Shown: one piece after another, positions 53,570 through 64,000 of the stretch
How the letters are laid out: each line of letters opens with the position of its first letter
How positions within the stretch are numbered: the stretch's first letter is position 1
NCBI GenBank assembly: GCA_013239625.1
Contig: MU054187.1
Location: 4,599,757-4,663,756, forward strand
DNA length: 64,000 bases
Direction of reading: 5' to 3'
Source of the DNA: Lama guanicoe
Lineage: Eukaryota
Program-made: the position numbers and the translations under genes
Notes under the pieces: model-generated
The model's input: the letters and a program-made list of their open reading frames with translations, nothing else
The model's database searches: none
Told to the model about the DNA's origin: nothing

Positions 53570-54660
53570 CTTTATTTTTTAAAGCCATTTAGCTTTACAA
53601 AAAACTGAGCAAAAAAGCAGAGTTCCCAAACACAGTTTCCCTATTGTGAACATCTTGCCTAAATGTGGTACACTTGTTACATTTGATGAGCCAGGATCGG
53701 TACATTATTATTAACTAAAGTCCATAGTTCTCCATGTGTGTTATACATTCTGCGGGTTTTGATAGATGCACGATGACATGTATCCACGCAGAACAGGTTC
53801 ATTGCTCTGCACTCCACCTTTTCATGCCTGCCTCCCCCTCAGCCCCTAGCAACCACTGATCTCTTTCCTGTCTCCATAGCTTTGCCATTTACAGAATGCC
53901 ACACAGTTGGAATCACACAGGAAGGAGCTTTTTCACATTGTCTTCTTTCACTTAGCATTTAAGATTCTGTCATGTAGTTCTGTGACTTGATAGCTTATTT
54001 CATTTTATTGCTGAATGATACTAATGGCACAAATGTGTTACAGTTTATCCATTCACCTACTGAAGGACAACTTGGTGGCTTCCAAATTTTGGCAATTACG
54101 AATAAAGCTGTATAGGTTTTTGTATGGACATAAGTTTTCAGCTCATTTGAGTGCAACTAAGTTTTCAACTCTAGGAGAGCAAATACTGGATTACATGGTA
54201 AGAGCATGTTTAGTTTTGTAAGAAGCAGCCAAACTGTCTTCTGAAGTAGCTGTACCATTTTGCATTCTCACCAGAAGTAAATGAGAGCTCCTGTCACTCC
54301 ACATCCTCGCCAGCACTGGGTGTTGTCAGCGTTTTGCATTTTAGGCATTCTAATAGGTATGGAGTAGATCTCGCTGTTTTGATTCCAAATCCCTATGGAC
54401 ATATGATGTTGAGAATCTTTCCATATGCTTATTTGCCATCTGTATTTCTTCTTTGGTGATGTCTCTGTTCAGATCTTTTGTCCATTTTTGAAATAGGTTG
54501 TTGTTTCTTTTCTTATTGTGGAGTTTTAAGACTTCTTTGTATACTTCTGCAAAATCTGGCTTATTGTTTCATTCTTAAAAAGTATCTTTCACAGAGCAGA
54601 AGTTTTTAATTTTAGTAAAGCCCAACTTACCATTTTTTTCTTTAGTGGGTCATGTTTTTT
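53570..54660 (-). mobile_element. Old L1 3' end
   Basis: Antisense L1M-type 3'UTR and ORF2 end. Confidence 0.82.
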
Positions 54661-56367
54661 ATCACATGGTTTTGCACAAATCCGTGATTTTTAGGAATTT
54701 ACAGTCACTGACCACATTTATCCTTTTCAACCATTCATTTGATCAGATAAATATAATTCCATTTTGAATAAAGTCCTCAAAATAATTGGTACAGAGGTAC
54801 TGTGTAGCATAACTTACGGTGAAAAATTGGAAACTTAATGCCCAACAGTTGAGAATGGATACATAATACAAGAGAATATTAACAACATGGAATGTTAACG
54901 TGGTTTTAAAGATGGTTAGCGTGTCAACATTCTTTACATATGAATATAAGTTTATGGAAATGTTAAGCGAAGAATGTACCACACAAAATACCACTCAGAT
55001 GTTAATCTCAACTAAAACAAAATTTTTTTTGACAAATGGAAATAAAAATCCACTAACAAGTATTAGAATAAGTAGCACTCGTTGCTGTTACAGATCCCAA
55101 ATCTCATAGTAAAAGTTTATTTTTCATTCACGTAAGGCTGAATACAAATGTTCCAGGTGAGCACCAGGCTCCTCCCACCTGTGGCCCTACCATCCCCCGG
55201 GCCTGGACTCCTTGGCCAACTCCTTCCTTGCATTTGGTCGGGAGAAGGAGGAGGAGAGTGAGGGGTCCCAGAGGAGGTTCTGATGGGCTGGCTTGAACAG
55301 CTAAACACACTTGCATCCACGTGGCCACACCTACCCTCCAGGCAGGCTGGGAGAGGTGGTCCAGCCGCGCCCAGAACGCAGAGGAACGCTTTTGTGCCTG
55401 CAGGGCACTCTCTGCACTTATCAAAATCAGAGTGTGGTTTTCTTAGGTTCCTTTTTCCTTTCAGTTCTGCTCAAATTTGTAATAATATTTAAGTATCCCT
55501 TATTACCTTTATCTGTTTAGTTCCTGGGTCCAGATTATGAAGGTTTAATACACTTATCCAAGTCTACTAGGCTCCTGTGTTCAGATAGGAAGAGTTCTGC
55601 GAGCTGGGATTTATTCATTCTTTCTTTCAAAAAAGAAAATTGAAATGTGCGGCCTCCCTACCTCATCCCCTATCCTTCATTTCAGATAACACCTCCTAAA
55701 TCAACACAGAATACCGTCTGTCCTACTAAAATATCTTACAAGAAAATTATGCGTCTTGCCAAGGAACAACCTATAGCAATTCTTTCTGTAAGTGATTCTT
55801 CGTTCTTAACCTAAATCCTTTTTTTTAAGATAAAGCAAAACTTCAAAGACTAATATCTTGCAACTTTGGTGAATTCCTAATTTTTGGGTTGACGTTCTTG
55901 ATTTTCTGTATAATTATAGTAAAAGCTGATTCAATTAGTAAAAGCTGACTTTCTCAAAAAAATCCAGAGACTCTCCTTCAAATATCTTCTCACACAGTAT
56001 CTTAAAGTTTCAAAAAGATGAAGTTCAATATGTATCCACATTTAGTCTTCTAATCAAATAAATCGATTAATTAAAACTCAAACCACTTATAAAAGTAACT
56101 GAATTAAAGAAACTATGACAGATTGGAAATCATGCCATCTGAGGTAAGTGGGTTTGGAGTCTGATTTTTACCGACATTAAATGAACACGTTACCCACCGA
56201 TTGCTATCCTAAGTGAAACAGTAAATGCAACATAATAAATTTTATAAATGCACTCTTTGTATAAACCATTAAAATTTTATGACAGTGGCAAAGAATATTT
56301 CTAAAGTAAATCCAAAGGGGCAAACTGCAGTGGTTACTAGACCAGGAGTGATTTTGAGTGCTACTGT

Positions 56368-56385
56368 ACCGCCACCTGCTGGAGG
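56368..56385 (-). promoter_or_regulatory. Candidate CTCF-binding motif
   Basis: Minus strand reads CCTCCAGCAGGTGGCGGT, matching the CCAGCAGGTGGC core. Confidence 0.5.
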
Positions 56386-57069
56386 AGCAGGTAGGGGAGG
56401 AAATTTTTTCATTTTGGAAACCCTTGTCAGTAGTATTTACTGAATTTAGACGTTCCTAAACTCACAACATTTTTTAAGGTGTTGGGTCCTAACCCTGTAC
56501 CTTACACACATGAGAAAATAGTTCCAGAAGAGCTAAACAGTTCAGTGATTTGCCCCAAGTCACGACTAATAATGCAGAAGCTGACGCGGTGGGACCAATC
56601 ATGCATGTCCCTGTGCTCCAGTCCCCCGGTCCTCAGTCCCACAATCCGGGTTCTGTAACTTGCTCTCCCTGTGTGACACACACCACCCTCATTCTCAGCG
56701 TCCATTATAACAATGACTAAAACACTCTTGACATGAAAGCAAAGTTGGTTTTCCTATCAAAATCATTTATCATAATGTCCCTGTTTTATTTTTTTACTGA
56801 CTCATAGAACAATCAAGAGCGAAATCTCCATTAAGTCCTTACGTTATCTCCTACAGGTGACTGCAGACCATATTATTTAATACGAGCGATCTAATTTCTC
56901 ATCTCTCCCTTTCCTTTTCTTACCTATAATTAAAGAAAGAAAGGAGATAGTGCTTACCAGCTCTCAGACTGACAATTTAAAAGACTGTTGGAAACTGTGG
57001 GAAAATAGGCTCCCTCTTGAACCGTGAGAGGATAAGTTGGTGCCAAAGTTTGCTAGTAATTTCACGGCG

Positions 57070-57692
57070 CAGCCACTCCCCTCATCCGCGCCTTCCCTTT
57101 CCAAGTTAACTGCAGCATGAAAGTATTAAACAGAAAATTCCAGAAATAAACAATTCAAGTTTTAAATTGCAAACCATCTTGAGTAACATGATGAAATCTC
57201 ACACTGCTCCCTCCCACCCAGGATCCCCAACGATCCACATTGTCTCTACACCTGACATCCAACCACCAACGTCATCACAGTCCGGTGACCCAGGGACACT
57301 CCCAGCAGATGAGCCTCTGATGTACCTTCAGAAGGTCAGTGGTCGCCTAAGACCGCATCACAATGCCTGCGTCAGTCCCCTCCCCGCATCTCATCATGCA
57401 GACAATTTATCTTTTCACATCATCACGAGAAGAAGGTGAGTACAGACCAGTCAGATATTGTGAGAGAGAAAGACTGCATTCCCATAACTTTTATTAACAC
57501 ATTGCTATAAATGTTCTATTTTATTCTTAATCATTGTTAATTCCTTACTGTGCCTAATTTATAAACTAAACTTTATCATCAGTATGCATGTATAAGAAAA
57601 AACAGTATATATGGGATTCTGTACTGTCTATGGTTTCAGGCATCCACTGGGGGTTTTGGAATGTATCCCCCATGGATAAGGGTGGACGACTG
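57070..57692 (+). mobile_element. Second MER44/Tigger7-like element, opposite orientation
   Basis: Right end ggtttcaggcatccactgggggttttggaa...ggataagggtggacgactg is the reverse complement of 50972-51040. Confidence 0.78.
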
Positions 57693-58857
57693 TATTCATC
57701 AAAAATTTAAATCACATAGCCTTCGATGTCATAATTCCACCTCTAGGAATTTATTCTACTGATATTTCTACACAAATAATCATTGCAGCATGATTGGCGA
57801 TAGCAAAAATGAAATAAATTTGGAAACAATCTCAATGTTATGAACAGGAGACTGACAAAATAAATTATAGGGCATCGATACAGCCATACCATATGGAACA
57901 TTGTGCAGCCATTTTTTTAAAATAACATGGGTTTGAGCAAAGGTACAAGAAAAGATGACTAAACTTGATGTTTAAAGAAAAAACCCAGTTTTTGCATTAT
58001 ATGTATGCCATCATTCTGCTTGCATAGAAATACAGACTTTTATAAATGTTTATAATATAAAATATATTAATGTATGGCTTTACATAAATGTAATTTTATA
58101 AATATATATGATAAATATCTTGTGTATGTATATACATAAACAAATACATGCATTGGCTTAAGCATAGAAAGTTCTTAATGAAATGTGTTATATCTTTTTC
58201 AAGTTATGACTCACAGAGCAAAAAAACTGTCCTACACTCTGGCATAAACTAGAGAGGATTTAGAAGAATCTATGTGGAATTTGGCAAAAAAAAATCATGT
58301 TTTCCTTATATTACAAAATTATTAATTAAAATCTATATAGTATTTGGAATAATATTAAATACTACATATAGGCTTCAAAATTCATTTTCAAATATTTAAT
58401 GTATTTCTAGAGTTTTTTCTAATCACTAATGCATTTTCTTAATAAACGACTTTTTACTTGAAATGTCTACATGCAATCCCTTATCAAGACCTTTAAAAAT
58501 GATTTAAGCTAATTCCTGATGATCACCATTGATGAAAATTTTTATTGGCACTAATATACAATAAAAATGTGCTGATTACTTTACAACTGTGCAAAATTTT
58601 TAACATAAATGAAAGCCTATTTCTTAATTTTAATGTCTTTTCCTTTTCTTTCATTGAAAAATGAAAGGGTAAAATTTCTTTGGTGATGTGAATGGGTTTC
58701 TAATTTGGTCAAACATTTCCATAACAAATATTTCATAATCTAAAGAAATTCGAATTTGCAAAAAGGCGTGTGCTTTGTTAGAGCAATCATCTTCAAAGTG
58801 GTTTGGATTTCCCCAAGAGACCATGTCAGCCCCAAATAGACAGAACTATATATGTGG

Positions 58858-59290
58858 TGTACTGGGTTGAACAGTCCCCCCAAAATTCATGTCCACCCAG
58901 AACATGACTTTACTGGAATAAGGGTCTTTGCAGATGTAATTAATGGAAGGCTCAGGATAAGCTCCTCCTGGATTAGGGTGGTCCCAAAATCCAATAAGAG
59001 TATCCTTAAAAGAGACAGAAAAGGACAGGACACAGAGACACAGAGAAGAAGGTGACATGACCATAGAGGCAGAAGTTGGAGTCATGCATCTACAAGCCAA
59101 GCTCTGGGGCCACCCCCGGAAGCTGGGAGAGAGACAGGGGGTGGATTCTCCCTCAGAGCGGCCAGAATGGACAGCCCTGGGACACCCTGATTTCAGACTT
59201 CTGGCCTCCGGAACCATGGGACAACACACTTCTGTTATTTTCAGACACTCAGGTTGCGGTCATTTTCACAGCAGCCCTAGGACTCTGAGG
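58858..59290 (+). mobile_element. MaLR (MLT1) LTR
   Basis: tgtactgggttgaacagtccccccaaaattcatgtccaccc...ggaataagggtctttgcagatgtaattaa...cagcagccctagga. Confidence 0.88.
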
Positions 59291-59736
59291 TACACGGGTG
59301 CCCACGGAGCGCCCCGCCCCTGGGAGGGGACCAGCCTCTGGCCAGGCTGTCTGCTCTCTGGGGGTGACTGAGAGCTGGACCCCCGGCGGGCAGGCTGGGG
59401 CTGTGGTGTAGGACGCTCCCTTCCTTGGGAAACCCGGGTGGAAATTTCAAGATGGCAAGCCCAGCAGACCCTGCTGTGACTTTCCCCAACCCGCCGTCTC
59501 CCCGCACAAACAGTTCAGGAACCCAGCCTGTGAGTGAACACGTGGAGGACCAGTAAGGAAAGCAAGATGTTTCCCTAATTCCTGTTCCAGTGCGGCGAAC
59601 GGCTGACGGTCAAGAATGAAGAACACAACCAGACCCTGTCAGAGAAACCAGCCTCTTCAACAGAGAAAACTGCACTTCAAGACAACGGTAAACACACAGA
59701 CATCGAACTTAAAGAAAGGGCATCTTTGAAAAATAC

Positions 59737-59897
59737 CTTCAAGATTACCAATGCTTGGGAATCCCAGTCACTTGATACCGGGTCAGACGGCAGTCTCCAA
59801 ACTGATTGTGTGTGCGAATCGTCCAAACAAGGAGTAATTACTGAAGACGTGGAGAAGCCGTGGCCCACCAGGACACCGTGAATTGCAGTCAGCTCTT
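59737..59897 (-). CDS. Candidate exon (161 nt, phase 1 to 0): ELTAIHGVLVGHGFSTSSVITPCLDDSHTQSVWRLPSDPVSSDWDSQALVILK
   Basis: Acceptor gttcttgtttccccag, donor AAG|gtattt, open frame. Confidence 0.65.
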
Positions 59898-62274
59898 CTG
59901 GGGAAACAAGAACCCCAGCCTTACTCACGTGAGAGAGCCCTGCACGTTAGATGATCAATTGCTCCATTATAACAGAATGAAGACAAACTTAGCAGTGTTT
60001 AATTCATAACCTTTTTCTCCAGAAGATCTTCGAGAATGACAACTTAATTCAAAGATTCAAAGAAACCACTGGGGCTGAGAGACAGGTATCAATTTAGGGA
60101 ACTCTGTTATAGAAGTATCAACTAAGTTCTAAAGTGAAATTTTGGTATTTGAGGGATAAATTTGCCCCCCCCCCAAAAAAAACTGCCAGGTCAAAGACAT
60201 ATAGGGGGAAATTATATGTTAAAAAATAATTTGGACCATTCTGGAAGTCAATTTTAATACATTGCTTTTGTTCTTGTGGTAAAAAGTTTTATGTTAAATG
60301 TTAAAAAAAAAATAGTCCAATCTGAGGAATGTCTAAACTTAAACTGGTCCACAAATGCCTGCCTCACTCCTCAGTTCTTCATCTTCCCAACATTTTTCCA
60401 TCTGGATGGTCTAGCAGGCAATTAAACTCCTATGTTCAAAACTGCTGTAGTAGTAGTAATAATAATAAAGACATGGAGACAAAACTGGGGCCACTGCACA
60501 AGCCATAAGCCTTTGCCTGCCCCTGCCCCCCACACCCTGCATCAGGCCCTTTGGAAACCACTGTTGCAAGTTTCACATCAGCAATCAGCAATTCTCTCTC
60601 TCTCTCCCTTCCTCTCCTTCTTTTACACAATGCAACTTTACATTTCTGCATAAAAATAATCACAATAATGTACTGAACCCTCTCTTAATGTATATTTTAT
60701 ATAACGCTGGATTCCTGAGAGTTTCACCTTCTCATGTTCCACAAAGCTCAAGAGGAAGTGGAGTCGGACTCAGCGAGTGCAGGCTGAAGTCCGTGGGCTG
60801 CAGCTCTCTCTGGTGGACACTTTTCACATGACACATGCTTTCTTGTGGGTTTTTGTTTGTTTGTTTAATGCAAGAGCACTTCATTCACAGGCCAAGAAAT
60901 GTCTCACAAAGCCAAGAGCAATCAGGAAGTCATCACAAATGATCCCTGAATGATCAAAAAGGCACAGATCTGATTCAGCTGGTGGTATCCACCAGAATTC
61001 TTTGCAGGGAACTTGTTAGAAAGAGACGGCTTGATAACAGCTCAGAGTGGCAAATAGAACTGCTAAGGACTGCTCAGTAATCATTGTTTTTTGCAATGTT
61101 CGTTCTGATCGATAAAGGATGGGGAGTTTGGATGTGGGCATCGGGGAGGGAGAAAGTCTACCCGGGGGCCAGGGTAGGGCAGAGGCCACAGAAGATACAT
61201 GCTCAACAGAGTGTTCGTCTTGAGCAACTGAAGATGCTGAAGTCCTCTCTGGACCCTTCAGATCTTCAACAGAGATTTGCAGGTGTGCTGTGGAAAAGAG
61301 TAAAGAAGCTGACTTCTACATCCTGGGTGATCTAGGGGGCTAAGGCGGGCTGTGAGGCACAGACCCAGAGTCTGCAGGGACAGCTCAGTGCAGGAGCCCA
61401 GTGCTACCAGGCGAAGCACTGTGGTCCTTCCCTGGAGGGATGTGTACATTCACAAAGCTCAAATATCTCCAAGCCAGCACTACAGGAAGTGGTTGCAAAG
61501 AGGCAAAAGCCAAGCTCTAGGTCAGTGTTTCCCAGCAAAGTAGGCACAGGAAGAGACCACACGTGTGTAGCTCGCTGACAGAGGTCCAGGGCCTCTGGCC
61601 ACCCAGACCTTGAGTTGCTTTCCCAGAGCTCAGCGGTTTCCGCATCTCAGCACCTGTGTGGCCTCCTGAGAGTGCACCAGGGGAGGTTCTGCAGTAGGCA
61701 GACCTCATACGGGCTGATGAAGGACCAGGATGGGCAACAGGAGTCACAACCCCAAGACAAAGCCAAGGTCTCAGGTCTGCACCTTGCCTTACACGAGTGC
61801 TAAAATCGACCTCTCTGGGCCTCCTGTCCTCTGTCATCAGGTCATATTGGAATCTGGTCCTTTACTGAACACTACCTGGCTAGCCTCAGCAGAGCGTTTA
61901 AATTCTGTGCATTTACTTCACTGTTCTGTTTTCAGACACAGCTGACTAGAAATACGCGGCTATAACTTTGATGGCCGTTACCCTTTCTTTATTTTTACCC
62001 TTGCTCTACCTGGTGATTTTACCCTGTCTAAATGCTTCACTAACAAACAAAGACAGTAAAACACTACACAACTGAGAAGCGACAAGCAAGCATAAAGGGG
62101 GAAATGCCTGTGAACAGCCAAAATAGATATCGCAAAGCCCACGTGTTAGAGTGATGCTATGGTTTGCATAATTCTCAAGCCACTGTCTGCAAACAATTCT
62201 AACCTACTGTGAGGACAGTGGGGAAGACCTCAGTGGTTTTAGAGACAAAAGGAACAGCTTTCTGGGAATCGTGT

Positions 62275-62795
62275 AGTGTAGTGATTATTACCTGACTACA
62301 TTTTCTCAGTTACATTTCCTAGCCCACTGTAAAGGATCTCTGTCATGATTTCAGAATGAGATGAAAAGGACTATTTACTCCCAGGACCAGTGCTTCAGAA
62401 CCTGATCAGGGCAGGAAAACCTTTCATGCTCTCCTGCTCTGTTTGTGAGATAGTCCTCAGTGCTGCTCACTAAGATGTCCAGTTCCCACTATCAGAGCAG
62501 TTGGTGGGGCTGCAGCCCTAATTCCTTGACAGGTGGGCAAGGCCACACGATTTGCTTTGGCCAAGGACATACGAACGGGAGCAGCACATGCCAGTTCCAG
62601 TAGAAATTTAAGACCTGATTTGCTAAATTTTCTTCCCCTTGTGTGATAGCCGTAATGGTTCCCGAGGGTGGAGGTGGCATCAGTCAGGGTCTCTGGATGA
62701 CGAGAACATGGGACCCAGTCATCCCTGTTGTCTGTAAGCACCACTGAGATGTGTGGACCACTTGTTACTACAGTATAGCCTTTCCTGACTGATGC
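62275..62795 (+). mobile_element. MaLR (MLT1-type) LTR
   Basis: gtaagcaccactgagatgtgtggaccacttgttactacagtatagcct...gactgatgca 3' end. Confidence 0.65.
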
Positions 62796-63724
62796 ATACA
62801 CCTACATTAACTGAACATACAGAGGAACCCCTATATCACTCCTCAATGGGTATTTTATCTTACACATGGTCATACAAACTCAGATTATCTGACATTCAAG
62901 ATTACAACAAATTATGAGGTTGTGACTTCTATAGGTAGATCTAATGATTGCCTTTAAAAAGAACAGCTGGGGAAAAAAAGAAACAGCTGGTAGATAAAGT
63001 GAATACATAATGGAAAATAATCTGAAAAAAATATATATATAGTTATGTATATGTATAACTGAATCGCTTTGATGTACACCTGAAACTAACATTGTAAACT
63101 GACTGCACTTCAATAATAAATAAGAATTTTTTTATAAAAAAGAGAATACAGTTGGCCTTTGAACAATATAGGCTTGAACTACATGCACAAGAGTGAACTT
63201 AGGTGTAGATTTTTAGAGATGCTTTTTAGAAGATGATGCTAGACTTTGGAAACAGAAAAGAGAAGCAGATTAAATGACATAAAAATAGAAGCCTTTGAAA
63301 TAAACCTAAGGAAATGTAACAGACATACACCTGGAGCTTAGCTATGTGCCTTTCTGACACCTTTGAGGAGTGGGTAGGGTGAGCTGTAAGTCGAAGAGGA
63401 CGGCAGCATTTCCTTTGGCATAAAGTCCTTGTGGGGTTTAGAAAAATCCTTTTTGCATTTCCACAGAGTCGGGGCTTTTCAAATACATTCTGCTGAAAAG
63501 ACTGGATCCTGGGCCAAGAGCAAGCCCTGGGAAGTGAACTGACGACTCTACAGATGGTGAGCGAGCCAGAGAGAGAAGGCGAGAGGCTCTCGGGGGATGT
63601 GTCTACAGAGAAAGGGAAAGTGAGGCCCAGGACTCGGAAGACAACTCTATGACCTGCCATTTGAAAACTTTCCATAAAGAAAAGTCTAAGCCCAAATGCC
63701 TTAACGAATAAATTCTATTCACTT

Positions 63725-63917
63725 TTTCTTTTTTTTTTTTAACTGAAGTACCATCAATTACAGCGTGTCCATTTCTGGTGCACAGCACAATGTCCCAGTC
63801 ATGCATATACGTACATAAAATTCGTTTTCATATTATTTTTCATTAAAGGTTATTACAAGACATTGAACATAGTTCCCTGTGCTGTACAGCAGAAACTTTT
63901 TTTAAAATCTATTTTTA
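63725..63917 (-). mobile_element. Short L1 3' end fragment
   Basis: Poly-T followed by antisense 3'UTR; flanking tattcac repeats. Confidence 0.82.
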
Positions 63918-64000
63918 TTATTCACATTTAAAGAAGAAAGAAACACCAACAGAGTAGAAACTCTTCATGGAACTTTTCTTTTTGAAGTGGGACTACTTCC

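Larger units (their letters stand above)
4146..59897 (-). pseudogene. Multi-exon gene or decaying pseudogene encoding a putative CCDC33-like C2-domain protein; likely extends beyond the exons identified
   Basis: Chain of AG/GT-bounded, phase-compatible exons in non-repeat sequence. Motifs (VILK, VIVAKSV, FFPGP, LWDFKFFF, ERL...GQPPKVTI) fall in the same order as motifs I recall from CCDC33. Several apparent lesions. Functional status unresolved. Confidence 0.6.

Noticed and set aside
4146..59897. Naming the locus CCDC33
   Set aside because: Resemblance is limited to scattered motifs, far below what a mammalian orthologue would show, and rests on memory
63226..63675. 149-aa minus-strand ORF as a first coding exon
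   Set aside because: No recognisable similarity and no convincing phase-1 donor linking it to the 59897 exon
1..64000. Prokaryotic-type systems (CRISPR arrays, operons, defence loci)
   Set aside because: Sequence is mammalian; no regularly spaced direct repeats or dense ORFs were seen

Overview
Mammalian genomic DNA, most likely camelid (inferred from five copies of a tRNA-derived SINE beginning GGTATAGCTCAGTGGTAGAG and from L1 3' ends of camelid appearance). The window is rich in interspersed repeats: L1, L2, MIR, MaLR/ERV LTRs and MER44/Tigger7. Most ORFs in the supplied track are chance or repeat-derived. Reading splice signals on the minus strand gives a chain of about 15 candidate exons from ~59.9 kb down to ~4.1 kb. 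Ten consecutive exons (34995 to 12086) join in phase into about 318 stop-free codons. From my recollection of the CCDC33 protein, this translation shows colinear but distant resemblance to its C2-domain region, and part of the module appears twice. Possible lesions suggest a decaying or pseudogenised CCDC33-like paralogue rather than CCDC33 itself: a GT>AT donor, an in-frame TGA in one exon, and frame conflicts at the 3' end and near 41.4-41.6 kb. No database search was run, and some splice sites were chosen partly for phase compatibility, so the model needs alignment and RNA-seq checks.
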